Shown here piece after piece: positions 26,601 through 35,610 of a DNA stretch of 38,535 bases. How positions within the stretch are numbered: position 1 is the first letter of the stretch; each line of letters begins with the position of its first letter. The translations under genes and the position numbers were made by a program. The notes beneath the pieces were generated by a model that saw only the letters and a list, made by a program, of their open reading frames with translations, made no database searches and was not told the origin of the DNA. Source of the stretch: Polyangiales bacterium (GTDB taxonomy: Bacteria; Myxococcota_A; Polyangia; Polyangiales; Houyiibacteriaceae); the NCBI GenBank assembly GCA_045106895.1, contig JBGCFM010000037.1, positions 1-38,535 of the forward strand, in the 5' to 3' direction.

Positions 26601-27115
26601 CGGCGAGTCTTCTTTGGCGAGCATTGCGTGCGCCCATTGAGCTCGGCGAAGAGACGTTTCCCGAAGGTCTCGCGAGCATCGAGACCAAGAGCGCGGAGAT
26701 GGAGATCTTCTACCCGATTCCCGAAGCGGACCATCCGCCCCTCGGTCAGCTCGCGCCACATCCTATCCGCCGTGGCGTGATCCGCGGCATCGTCGACCTC
26801 GTGTTTGAGCACGCGGGGAAGACCTACTTCCTCGACTGGAAGAGCGACCGCGTCGCCCTCGATGGTTCTGGTCTGTCGGAGCATGTCGCGATCAACTATG
26901 GACTCCAGGCGCGCCTCTACACGCTCGGTGTGGTTCGAATGCTCGGTCTCAGCGATGAGGCGTCGTACGAGGCAAAGTTCGGCGGCCTCGTCTATGCGTT
27001 TCTTCGTGCGGGAGCGTCGGGCATCGTCTTTGACCGGCCGACGTGGTCCGAGGTGCTCGCGTGGGACGACGAGCTTCGCCACGCGGAGCGCCCATTTGGA
27101 TATGAGCTCGTCTAA
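23624..27115 (+). CDS. recB: exodeoxyribonuclease V beta subunit (helicase-nuclease)
   Basis: Walker A ASAGTGKT, VTFTEKAT, DEFQDTD, GDPKQAIYGFR, TMHKAKGLE, YVAITRA; nuclease GIVDL...DWKS...LQARLY; overlaps the recC stop. Confidence 0.93.
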   Translation: MTRRYPRPAIFNRLPEGRFAAIEASAGTGKTFTLEHLFVDKILAGARVDEVLVVTFTEKATREMTRRVRETLARIVRMEKEADAGEPAWVIDDVARARLTEALIGFERAPISTIHGFCQRILSDHAFRSKRPFGHELVEPRRAFGAAFRDELRSLLAEESTERRVLFGVLEDLDVDRLESLLYRWHHERGRVHPAWDEERFAHSLRKVSESQLVDLAKGGIRRSDVLQRVTKELEALQSLARKHAGGDVLEGLLAIDRWGRRQVVQNERARLWVPARLHDALEAQGLVLDLLSVAPPLFGVLVHRLVPRIAERLRDQKAERFQLDFDDMLSLVAKALHDPNAGPFVEALRAQYKHALVDEFQDTDDIQWSIFRKLFIEEGATGTLTIIGDPKQAIYGFRNADVHTYYEARDVLTRGNGVVHLEECYRSTPRLIETYNHIFTGADEGEGFFQGTVRYDHPVRAGDPSRRLLDEDGHDAPSLMLWQPAGEEQPAAADMRRALGARIALEARNIAGGSLRMHTGGETRPIRYSDMHVLVRNAHEATALAAEFTNAGVPFAFFKQDGLFETDEAHALLEVLQAVADPSDGAARLRAWLSDFFEVPLEDVEACRSADAQNPLVARLHSWHRRAERRETGLLRAILVESGLVRRLLYRPHGARALTNYEHLVEILIEERGASADIHESIALLEAFIEGRAEPVRGGTVQRAAGEADAVQLLTMHKAKGLEAPVVFLAGGFTRSGSRSPYEPVVAYATEDDARIREAWLPPLPAEAAARAEEEAREEDERLLYVAITRAKGRLYAPYFGAPPASHAALLGARRRYGPLQGPYRWLDARLEQLALAGFIDGTKVEYEVLPIELRAEPTPAAPVAPPQPATGPVPDFDALRLAHAGFTITSYTRIKASADAGYVPPPTAMDDAKPEEFAGEERPMESEVESDSATTLPGGAGMGIFLHEVLEHLDFARLGELPEEEWIAESTPWLEQSARRQGIDDAHVQPAASLLWRALRAPIELGEETFPEGLASIETKSAEMEIFYPIPEADHPPLGQLAPHPIRRGVIRGIVDLVFEHAGKTYFLDWKSDRVALDGSGLSEHVAINYGLQARLYTLGVVRMLGLSDEASYEAKFGGLVYAFLRAGASGIVFDRPTWSEVLAWDDELRHAERPFGYELV

Positions 27116-27247
27116 ACACCGCCGGATTCGGCGAGCACTACAGCGTGGGTGAAAAGCTCCGTTCACTAAGCCTCTGAATCGCAAAATTTGAGGTTTTCTT
27201 CCCCTTTTCTTGGGAGACCAAGCCCTCCACGTGGCATAGACATTTGC

Positions 27248-30019
27248 ATGGCAGCGCAGCCAACACACATACGACTGAGATGGTTGACCTCTCAGGGAAC
27301 GACGGAGCCTGTGGAGGTACCCGTTCGTCGCGTGAGTGAGAGCTCCGCCTTCGCGATCTTGGCGACCTCCCATGGACCGGGAACGCGGGGCATTTACGAG
27401 CTCGTCGACGACAAAGGCCACGTGCTTCGTGACGGGTCATGTCGCATCATTTTTCAGCGTCAGGGCGCCGGCATTGGGCTGTCCCTCTTGGCCAAACCGC
27501 CACTTCGTCGCTCTTCAAAGCCTGCGAATGCGCGATCCGGTCCCGTGGCGGTCCCGAAGCTCGATCCGCTGACCGTCCCGAAGCTCGATGGTCTTCCAAA
27601 GCTCGACCCTCCTGGCCCGACGGAGGACACCGCCACGAAGCGAACTCTTCCTGGCAAGTCTCTTGAAGAAGACACCAACGTCACCCAGCAGTTCAAGCGT
27701 GCATCCACCCCGAGCGACGCCCCGCAGGCGCTGCACGATGAAGATGACGACGCGCCTGAGATGATCCTCGGTTCGGTCCCGCCGCCACCCCAAAACCGCG
27801 TCGCCAAGCCGCAGGTTCCCGAATCGCCAGAAATACGTTCGGACTGGCCCTCCGTGGAAGACGCGGAGCTCAGCGACGTCAAAGACGACATTGTACAGTC
27901 GGCGCTTTCGCCTGACGTCTCCGGCATCCCAGCCGCTCTCGCCCCGACGGACCCCGCGCCCTTTGATATTGAGAAGGGTGAACGGCCGCCAAACGTGCAC
28001 GTGTCGTTTCCACCCATCGGGAAGAGTCGTCCTGACGACCCCGCCGAGGAGACGCCGCATTCCTCCGCCGAGACGGAGCCGCCGCCGCCGCTCTTCGAGC
28101 TGCCCGAGCTGCCGAAGTGGGACCCGCCGCCACCGTCCGAACCGCCTCCGCGCTACGATCCAGGTTCGTGGAAAGCGCCGGTGTATGAGCCGGGCGCGCT
28201 GGACATGGGTTCCAACCCTGCGCTCACGCCGTATCCGAAAGAGGCGCTGACTCAAGACTCGCCTCCGCCTCAGAGCGATGCGTCCGAGCTGAGCAACGCA
28301 ACGACCCAGTCCTTCAAGGCTCCCGCGAGTCGTCCGCCATCCGACCCGGCCCCTTCCGCCGCGTCCCAGTCCAAACGCAAAGCGCGCGTCGCGACGCGGG
28401 CTGCGGGGACTGGCGCTCGTGGTCTCGCCATCGGCATCGACCTGGGTACGAGCAACACCTGTGCTTCCGCCATGATCGACGGCGTGCCGCAGATTATTCC
28501 GACGCGCTTCGGCAACAACACGGTTCCTTCGGTCCTCACGGTCATCGACTCACGCGTCGTCGTCGGACACGCCGCGGCGAAGCGCATGATCATGAACCCG
28601 CACGAGACGATCTACGGGAGCAAGCGTCTTGTGGGCCGCGCGTTCACTGCCGAGGTAGCAGACGAGTACCAGACGTCCTTCGCGTACCCCCTCGTCGAGA
28701 CCGAAGACCACCGCTTTGGCGCTTCACTCAAGGGCCGCGTCATCAGCTTCGAGCAGGTCGCCGAGTACCTCCTCGCGGAGGTTCGTGATGTCGCCGAACG
28801 CCACCTCGAGCAAAAGGTACACAGCGCCGTCATCACCGTGCCCGCGTATTTTGGTGAGGCGCAACGCGAAGCGATTCGCCGCGCCGCCCGAGGTGCTCAG
28901 CTCAGCGTCGACCGCATCGTCCCGGAGCCAACCGCCGCCGCCGTCGCGTATGGCTATGACGCCGAACTCGAGCACACCTTGGTGGTCTTCGATCTAGGCG
29001 GCGGAACCTTCGATGTGTCGGTTCTCAAAGTCGGCAAAGACCGCTTCGAGGTCCTGGCGACAGGCGGTGACGCTTTCCTCGGCGGCATCGACATCGACGA
29101 CCTCATCGCGAGCTACCTCATCGAAGAATTTCAGCGGGCCGAACGCACGACGCTCGAGCCGAGCGCGCAACAACTCGCGCGACTTCGCGACGCCGCCGAG
29201 ATCGCCAAGCGCGACCTCTCGGTACAGAAGCGCGTCGCCATTAGCCTTCCTCACTTCGCCGTCGTTGGTGGCGAACCCAAGGCGCTGCGCGCGACGCTCT
29301 CACGCGAGACCTTTGATGAACTCGCGGCCAGCTTCGTCGACCGCCTGATCGTGATCACCGCGGCGACGCTCAGCGACTGTGGGCTTGCGCCACATGACAT
29401 CGACGATGTTCTTCTCGTCGGCGGCATGACGCGCATGGCTTTGGTGCCGCAACGCGTAGAAGAGCTCTTCGGCCGTCGCCCGAGTCGCCGAATCAACCCG
29501 GATGAAGCCGTCGCCCTCGGGGCCGCTCGACTCGCTGAGTCCGGTGGAAAGGTGAAGCTCCTCGACGTGCTCCCGCTGAGCATCGGAGTGGCCAGCCGCG
29601 GTCGTGCATTCCAGCGCCTCGTCACGCGAAACACACAGGTGCCGGTCGAGCGCTCCTTCTCCGTGCGCACAGAAGAGGCCGACCAGGCGGTCTACCGGCT
29701 GCCGCTTTTTCAAGGAGAGCACCCGGACGCCGCGGACAACGAATACCTCGGGACCTTGATGATCGAAGAGATCCCGCCTGGCCCCGCGGGGAGCGAACTT
29801 GAACTCCTCCTCGTTCTCGACGAGCAGTGCTTCTTAGAGGTTCGCGCGGCTCACGTCGCGTCAGGCAACGGCCTCGCGGTCTACGTCAACCGCGAAGAGG
29901 GCGCCGAGAAGGCTATCGCGGCGCTGGACTCCTACGCGGGACCGAAGAAGGAAACGAAAAAGAAGGAAGCGAAGGGCCTCGGGCGCTTCTTCCAGCGACT
30001 CCGCTCGTTCTTCTCCTAG
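27248..30019 (+). CDS. Hsp70/DnaK-family paralog with N-terminal PilZ-like domain and long Pro-rich linker
   Basis: GIDLGTSNT, TVPAYF, EPTAAA, DLGGGTFDVS, LVGGMTR, NPDEAVALGAA, LLDVLPLSIG; about 390-aa N-terminal extension. Confidence 0.85.
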   Translation: MAAQPTHIRLRWLTSQGTTEPVEVPVRRVSESSAFAILATSHGPGTRGIYELVDDKGHVLRDGSCRIIFQRQGAGIGLSLLAKPPLRRSSKPANARSGPVAVPKLDPLTVPKLDGLPKLDPPGPTEDTATKRTLPGKSLEEDTNVTQQFKRASTPSDAPQALHDEDDDAPEMILGSVPPPPQNRVAKPQVPESPEIRSDWPSVEDAELSDVKDDIVQSALSPDVSGIPAALAPTDPAPFDIEKGERPPNVHVSFPPIGKSRPDDPAEETPHSSAETEPPPPLFELPELPKWDPPPPSEPPPRYDPGSWKAPVYEPGALDMGSNPALTPYPKEALTQDSPPPQSDASELSNATTQSFKAPASRPPSDPAPSAASQSKRKARVATRAAGTGARGLAIGIDLGTSNTCASAMIDGVPQIIPTRFGNNTVPSVLTVIDSRVVVGHAAAKRMIMNPHETIYGSKRLVGRAFTAEVADEYQTSFAYPLVETEDHRFGASLKGRVISFEQVAEYLLAEVRDVAERHLEQKVHSAVITVPAYFGEAQREAIRRAARGAQLSVDRIVPEPTAAAVAYGYDAELEHTLVVFDLGGGTFDVSVLKVGKDRFEVLATGGDAFLGGIDIDDLIASYLIEEFQRAERTTLEPSAQQLARLRDAAEIAKRDLSVQKRVAISLPHFAVVGGEPKALRATLSRETFDELAASFVDRLIVITAATLSDCGLAPHDIDDVLLVGGMTRMALVPQRVEELFGRRPSRRINPDEAVALGAARLAESGGKVKLLDVLPLSIGVASRGRAFQRLVTRNTQVPVERSFSVRTEEADQAVYRLPLFQGEHPDAADNEYLGTLMIEEIPPGPAGSELELLLVLDEQCFLEVRAAHVASGNGLAVYVNREEGAEKAIAALDSYAGPKKETKKKEAKGLGRFFQRLRSFFS

Positions 30020-30173
30020 CCGAGACACTAGAAGACCTATTGGATCGTCGTGGCTTGCTCTCAGTTCCATCATACGGCGTATTTCGGCAGCGGTGGACAA
30101 GGGCGCCGCGGGTCTCAACACTCCTAAGTTCAAACTCTCTTCGTTCGTCCGTCGTTTCGCATTACGATAGGAT

Positions 30174-30749
30174 ATGCCCGAGCAAGACACGCACGACCGC
30201 ATTCTGGGCGTCGCCGATGAGATTGTTCGCCAGGATGGGTGGCCGGCCCTCTCCATTCGGCGTGTCGCGCGTGACGCCGGAGTGAGCGTGGGCACGGTCC
30301 AGTACTACTTCGCGACATCCGCGGAGCTACTAGACGCGGTGACGGAGCCTTGGCACCGCGGCGTCCGCGAAGCCTTCAGCGCCTCCATGATGGACATCAC
30401 TGGAGGAGCCGACGCCGTCGAGCGGCTCATCGAATTGGGCGTTGAGGTGTACGAGCTGGCACGGCTGCATCGTCCACTTCTTGTGGCGCGACGCACGGAT
30501 ACCAACGAGCGAGGTCACGTCGCACCTCGGCGCGCCGGCTCCCTCGAGCTGTGGTTGGACAAAGGAAGTCAGCTCGCCGCTCAGCACGTTGGAGGAACGC
30601 CTTTCGAGTGGCGCATGAAACTGCAGTGTGTTGAATTTGTCGTCCTCGGTTTCGCCTCGACGCAGGTGGACGAGTTCCAAGACGAAGCGAACCTCGACGC
30701 CGTAAAGTCCTTCTTGCGCGAGACGTTTCGCAAACTGGCGGCGCGCTAG
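30174..30749 (+). CDS. TetR/AcrR family transcriptional regulator
   Basis: RILGVADEIVRQDGWPALSIRRVARDAGVSVGTVQYYF HTH. Confidence 0.9.
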   Translation: MPEQDTHDRILGVADEIVRQDGWPALSIRRVARDAGVSVGTVQYYFATSAELLDAVTEPWHRGVREAFSASMMDITGGADAVERLIELGVEVYELARLHRPLLVARRTDTNERGHVAPRRAGSLELWLDKGSQLAAQHVGGTPFEWRMKLQCVEFVVLGFASTQVDEFQDEANLDAVKSFLRETFRKLAAR

Positions 30750-30781
30750 GCTCGGCTACGCCCACTCACGATCGTGGCTTT

Positions 30782-32200
30782 CTATTGAGCTTCCTGTGAT
30801 GAGAGCGCCGGCTCTGGATCGTAGTAGTAGTTGGGCGCTACCGCCGAGCGACCGTCACGAAACGCGTACGCAAGCTCAAGGGTCACGACGGGGGCGTCAC
30901 AACTCTCGCGAAAGCTCGCCTGGAGAAGACCCTCCGTATCGACGAGCCCCGGCGGCGCCGGGCGAATCGCCATGGCGACGCTCTGTGATTCGGGGTGGAA
31001 CCCAAGTGGCCCCCAGTCGGCGCGAAGCGTCGCTCCGCCGTCACTCCCTCCGCAAGCAGCCAGGGTGTCTTCGCGCGGCTCCGGCCAATCACCGGTCACC
31101 TGACGGTGCTCTTGAATCGCCATCCAGAGGCGACGAGACTCTAGCTCTGCCGCCACCCATGTTGGACTCGTCGCGCACACTCTCGTATCGTGATCGAGCC
31201 AAGGCAGCTGGACTCCCCAGCACCGACGTGCGTCGTCCTGCTCTACGGGAACAAGATCGAACCCGGCAAACGAGCTGGACGTCCCACGAAGCGAGGCCGC
31301 CGCCAGCCGAACGATAAGCGGTGGTGCGACGAACGTGTTTCGCGCGCCGCCGTGCGGCATCACCCTTGTAATCGCTTCCGCCTGCTCGCGAAAACACGCG
31401 GCGTCGCACTGCCCCCAGACGCCCGCCACGCCCATGTTGGGAGACGCGTCACACTCGTAGAAGTGAGTCATCACTTCGCCAGCGATGGTCCCGTCGCGCG
31501 CCTCGGACCAGAGTTCCTGGCCGGTCACGTCTCCGAGGTAAGCACCATTGGGGAGCCTCGAGGCAATCTCCTCGAAGTGTTCAGCCCACTCGTTCGCCGC
31601 CTCCCCGTTCTCAAGGGGCAACGCACGAACGAAGCCTCGAACCCAGCGAGCGAGTTGTATGGAGGCGCCCGTGGGGTTGAGCATTGTGAGGTCCGCCGAT
31701 TGGCGGATCGCCGCCATTCGTTCAGGGAGTCCGTCCTGGCCCATGAGAGCGGCGCGGGCGTGGCGTAGCTCGATGAGTCCCGCGAGTGCCTCCACGTCTT
31801 CGGCCGGTGCTTCGCGCCAACCCACACGAGCCGCACCATCGCACTCGGCGAGGCGAGCTCGGATGCTCTCAGCATCCGCCACGTCCCAGAGTTCGCGGTC
31901 CCGGGGTGCGTGGGCTCGCGGCTCCCACACTCCAGCTTCGTACCCGTAGCCATAGGCGCGTGCCAACGCCGCCGCTCGCAGGCGCTCGTCAGTGTCTACT
32001 TCGGCGACCACGGCGAGCAAACACTCGTTGGCGCCCTGCGACAACTCCCCGGGGCCGCTTCGGCGTGGCGCGACGACAGCATGGAGGCGCGCCGCAAAGC
32101 GACAGTCTTCTGCGGGAAGCCTGAGGTAGGCAGCCCACCCTAGCCATGCCGCCGCTGCGCTGAGCAGGATGACGACACCGATGCCCAGCTTCCACTTCAT
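30782..32200 (-). CDS. membrane-anchored hypothetical protein with pilin-like C-terminal segment
   Basis: N-terminal TM (LGIGVVILLSAAAAWLGW); C-terminal AELESRRLWMAIQEHRQVTGDWP...WGPLGFHPE. Confidence 0.6.
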   Translation of the reverse strand: MKWKLGIGVVILLSAAAAWLGWAAYLRLPAEDCRFAARLHAVVAPRRSGPGELSQGANECLLAVVAEVDTDERLRAAALARAYGYGYEAGVWEPRAHAPRDRELWDVADAESIRARLAECDGAARVGWREAPAEDVEALAGLIELRHARAALMGQDGLPERMAAIRQSADLTMLNPTGASIQLARWVRGFVRALPLENGEAANEWAEHFEEIASRLPNGAYLGDVTGQELWSEARDGTIAGEVMTHFYECDASPNMGVAGVWGQCDAACFREQAEAITRVMPHGGARNTFVAPPLIVRLAAASLRGTSSSFAGFDLVPVEQDDARRCWGVQLPWLDHDTRVCATSPTWVAAELESRRLWMAIQEHRQVTGDWPEPREDTLAACGGSDGGATLRADWGPLGFHPESQSVAMAIRPAPPGLVDTEGLLQASFRESCDAPVVTLELAYAFRDGRSAVAPNYYYDPEPALSSQEAQ

Positions 32201-32322
32201 AGATACGACATCTCATCCTCCGTGCTCGCTTGCAAGCTGCTCCCCAAGCGCAGCCACAACGGGTCTTCGTGGGCACCAATCGAGGCTTCGAAAGAAGGGA
32301 GTGAACGCGCTAGGCTCGGCGC

Positions 32323-34611
32323 GTGGAGCGAACTCTCGACGCGTTCCTGCTGACTCGCAGCTGGTACGACCGCCATGATGGCCTGCGCTTCATCTTTTGG
32401 TGCGCGTCGGACGCAGGTCCGCTTCGTCTTGTCTTCACCAGACAAGAGGCCGTCATGTTCGTGGAGCGCCACGTACCGAGCTCTAGCGGCCGCCGCAAAG
32501 AGCTCGAGATGACCAGTCTCCGGGGGAAGCCCGTCGACGCACTCTACTTCGCGCGTCAGCGAGACCTCTACCGCGAGCGTGACGACATCCGCGCGGCGAT
32601 GCACCGCACCTTCGAGGGCGATGTCAAAGCGCACGATCGTTTCCTCATGGAGCGTTTCGTCACCGGCGGCCTGCGCGTCCGCGGCGAGGTGCAGCAGCGA
32701 AACGGCTATCTCGAGTTCACGAATCCAAAGCTCAAGGCGGCGGACTATGAGCCCACGCTCACGACGCTCGCTTTCGACATTGAGACCGATGGTTTCGAAG
32801 GCGACCTCCTGTCGATCTCTTCGGCGGGCGCCGGCGGAGATCGTGTGTGGATGCGCGGCGAAGGGCCTCCCGTCGACTACGTGGAATACTTGCCGGATGA
32901 GCGCGCGCTCCTCGAGGCATTCATCGCCCATGTACGAGCCGTCGACCCTGACGTGCTCACCGGCTGGAACGTCGTGGACTTCGACCTCACGACGCTTGCG
33001 CGCATGTGCGAAGAGAAGAACATCGCATTTGCCCTGGGGCGTGACTCCGAGCGCGCGAAGGTGCTTCAGCCCCGAAACGCGCAGCAGCCCGCCATTGCGC
33101 GTGTGTCCGGTCGCGTGGTCCTCGACGGCATCGCGACGCTACGCGCCGCTACATTTTCATTCGAGAGCTTTCGCCTTCAAGACGTCGCCGAAGCGTTGCT
33201 CTCGCGTGGCAAAAAGATCGACCATTCGGCGAACCCGGTGGAAGAGATTCGACGGCTCTTCGCGCAGGACAAAGCAGCCCTCGCTGCGTACAACCTCGAA
33301 GACTCGAAGCTCGTCCTCGATATCTTCGAGAGCGCGGACCTCCTTGGCTTCGCCCAAGAACGACAGTCGCTAACAGGGCTTCCCATGGGTCGTCAGGGAG
33401 GTTCCGTGGCGGCCTTCGACAACCTCTACCTCCCGCGCCTTCACCGGCACTCCCACGTCGCGCCGGACATCGGTGACTCACGTGAAGTGATCACCAGCCC
33501 CGGCGGCTACGTCCTCGATTCGAAGCCCGGGCTCTACGACAACGTCCTCGTCCTGGACTTCAAGAGCCTATACCCGAGCATCATCCGCACCTTCGCCATC
33601 GACCCGATGGGTCTAGCGTTTCCAGGCGTGGAGCCGGTCCCTGGCTTCGAAGGCGGCAGCTTCGCCCGTGAGCGGCACTTGCTGCCGGAGATCATCTCCG
33701 GTCTCTGGGCAGCGCGGGACGAAGCCAAAGGGCGGGGCGACGCCGCACGCTCGCGCGCCATCAAGATTTTGATGAACTCCTTCTATGGAGTCCTCGGAAC
33801 ACCCGGCTGTCGCTTCTTCAGCCCCAAGCTCGCGAGTTCCATCACCTTGCGTGGTCACGAGATCATCACGGAGAGCCGCGCCTTCATCGAGTCCCGCGGG
33901 CTGAGCGTCATCTATGGCGACACGGACTCGCTCTTTGTCCTTGTCGGCGACAAACCCGAAGACGCGTGCCTGCGGGTGGGCGAAGAGACCGCACGAGACC
34001 TCAACGACTATTGGCGCGATCGTCTTCGCGAAGAGCTCAACCTTGAGTCCGGCCTCGAGGTGGAGTTCGAGACGCACTACCTGCGCTTTTTGATGCCGAC
34101 GATCCGCGGCTCCAAGAAAGGAAGCAAGAAGCGTTACGCGGGGCTCGTGCGCGAAAAGGATGGGAGCACGCGTGTGGTCGTCAAAGGACTCGAGGCCGCG
34201 CGAACGGACTGGACGCCCCTCGCGCGGCGCGTTCAGCGCGAGCTCTTTCGCCGCGTCTTCGAAGGAGATGAGTACAAAGCATGGCTCCTCGACGTCGCCC
34301 GCCAGGTGCGGGCAGGCGAGTTCGACGACGAGCTTGTCTACCGAAAGCGTTTGCGGCGTCCCCTCGATGACTACGAGCGAAATGTCCCGCCGCACGTTCA
34401 GGCTGCGCGCAAGCTCGGACGGCCGGCGCGAGAGATTCGTTACCTCATGACGGCGGCTGGCCCTGAGCCCGTCGATCTACCTCACGCGGCGCCGGACTAC
34501 GCCCACTATCTAGACAAGCAGCTCGCGCCGGCGACGAACGCCATCTTGCCCTTCTTGGGAACAGACTTCGCTGCCATCGCGGGGCCTCAGCTCGTCCTCT
34601 TTCAGGGCTGA
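32323..34611 (+). CDS. polB: DNA polymerase II (family B)
   Basis: Exo FDIET, GWNVVDFD, YNLEDS; polymerase DFKSLYPSII, KILMNSFYG, YGDTDS, KKRYAG. Confidence 0.95.
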   Translation: MERTLDAFLLTRSWYDRHDGLRFIFWCASDAGPLRLVFTRQEAVMFVERHVPSSSGRRKELEMTSLRGKPVDALYFARQRDLYRERDDIRAAMHRTFEGDVKAHDRFLMERFVTGGLRVRGEVQQRNGYLEFTNPKLKAADYEPTLTTLAFDIETDGFEGDLLSISSAGAGGDRVWMRGEGPPVDYVEYLPDERALLEAFIAHVRAVDPDVLTGWNVVDFDLTTLARMCEEKNIAFALGRDSERAKVLQPRNAQQPAIARVSGRVVLDGIATLRAATFSFESFRLQDVAEALLSRGKKIDHSANPVEEIRRLFAQDKAALAAYNLEDSKLVLDIFESADLLGFAQERQSLTGLPMGRQGGSVAAFDNLYLPRLHRHSHVAPDIGDSREVITSPGGYVLDSKPGLYDNVLVLDFKSLYPSIIRTFAIDPMGLAFPGVEPVPGFEGGSFARERHLLPEIISGLWAARDEAKGRGDAARSRAIKILMNSFYGVLGTPGCRFFSPKLASSITLRGHEIITESRAFIESRGLSVIYGDTDSLFVLVGDKPEDACLRVGEETARDLNDYWRDRLREELNLESGLEVEFETHYLRFLMPTIRGSKKGSKKRYAGLVREKDGSTRVVVKGLEAARTDWTPLARRVQRELFRRVFEGDEYKAWLLDVARQVRAGEFDDELVYRKRLRRPLDDYERNVPPHVQAARKLGRPAREIRYLMTAAGPEPVDLPHAAPDYAHYLDKQLAPATNAILPFLGTDFAAIAGPQLVLFQG

Positions 34612-34615
34612 AGCC

Positions 34616-35473
34616 TCAGCCGAGAACGATGCCGAAGTAACACTGAATCGTTGTGCTGCACTCGGAGCGAAACTCACAGTAGCCGTCGAGGTCGCAGAGC
34701 GCGTCGAGGGGGATCTCTTCGCCGCCTTCGCAGGTAGGGATGGCCCGACATGCAGGACCGCCGCCGCCCTGGCACCAAGAAGCTGGGAGGTCGTCGCGCC
34801 ATGGGTCCGACGGGTAGCAGTCGTAGGCGTTCAGACACTCGGACGGGTGGAAGACTTCCGTGTCGCCGGGGGCGCAGGCCGTAACGCAGTAGTACTCTCC
34901 TCCGCAGTAGTTCGTTTCGTTGCAGTAGGCGTCGTTGTCGAAGTCTGGACATGAGCCCTCGCCGATGTCCCAGACGGTGGAACTCAACCCTTCGCAGGGC
35001 TCGAAGATGGGGTCAAAGCAGTCGAAAGGGCGTCGGCAGTAATAACTCTCGCCGCAGCCGGTGACCTCGGTGCATTCCACTTCGCCCGGCGCGCAGGCGT
35101 CATAGCTTAGCTCCTCGCCAGCCGGACACTGCGGCGGCATCGCATTGCAGACTTCTGACGCGCAGTAGAACGTTTCACCACACCACTCGAAGGGCGTGCA
35201 GGTAGCACCCGGAGGGCACTCCGAAACCTCAACGCTGTCCGCGCACGCGGGACGAGGTTCCGAGCAGGTCACGGGTGGATCCGTGAGTCCGAGACTGCAG
35301 TAGATCGTCGAACCGCACCAATCGAGCACAGCGCATTCGCGCGACTCTTCGCAGTACGAGACTTCCTCCCACTCGCAGGGGTTCGGTTCGGTGCAGCCAT
35401 CCTCCAACCCCGTCGACGAGAAACAGGCGGGGAGGAGACTCAGGGAGAGCAAGGTAAGGTAGAGGTTCTTCAT
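34616..35473 (-). CDS. Cys-rich repeat lipoprotein
   Basis: MKNLYLTLLSLSLLPAC lipobox; repeated C...WCG/GCG/YCG-x-x-x-YC modules. Confidence 0.8.
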   Translation of the reverse strand: MKNLYLTLLSLSLLPACFSSTGLEDGCTEPNPCEWEEVSYCEESRECAVLDWCGSTIYCSLGLTDPPVTCSEPRPACADSVEVSECPPGATCTPFEWCGETFYCASEVCNAMPPQCPAGEELSYDACAPGEVECTEVTGCGESYYCRRPFDCFDPIFEPCEGLSSTVWDIGEGSCPDFDNDAYCNETNYCGGEYYCVTACAPGDTEVFHPSECLNAYDCYPSDPWRDDLPASWCQGGGGPACRAIPTCEGGEEIPLDALCDLDGYCEFRSECSTTIQCYFGIVLG

Positions 35474-35501
35474 GGCTGCACGCTTCATGCTGCATGCACA
35501 A

Positions 35502-35518
35502 AGCAGAGAGCATGCCAA
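35502..35518 (-). promoter_or_regulatory. possible sigma54 promoter
   Basis: Minus strand TTGGCAT-GCTCT-CTGCT keeps the GG-N10-GC spacing, about 28 nt before ATG 35473. Confidence 0.45.
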
Positions 35519-35610
35519 CGAAGAACGTAGCTAGAAGCGTGAAGAGGCCAGGGCTCTGGCGCGCTTTGGCACGTGCCGACTGCGCCAGAGCGGCTCAGAC
35601 AGCCAAGCGC

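Noticed and set aside
27232..27248. TGGCATAGACATTTGCA sigma54-like site before the Hsp70 gene
   Set aside because: GG-GC spacing is one base too long and the site abuts the ATG.
20208..30019. RecB-like nuclease + Hsp70 as an anti-phage defence operon
   Set aside because: recB and recC look like canonical repair genes, a separate intergenic region precedes the Hsp70 gene, and no other defence or mobility genes are nearby.
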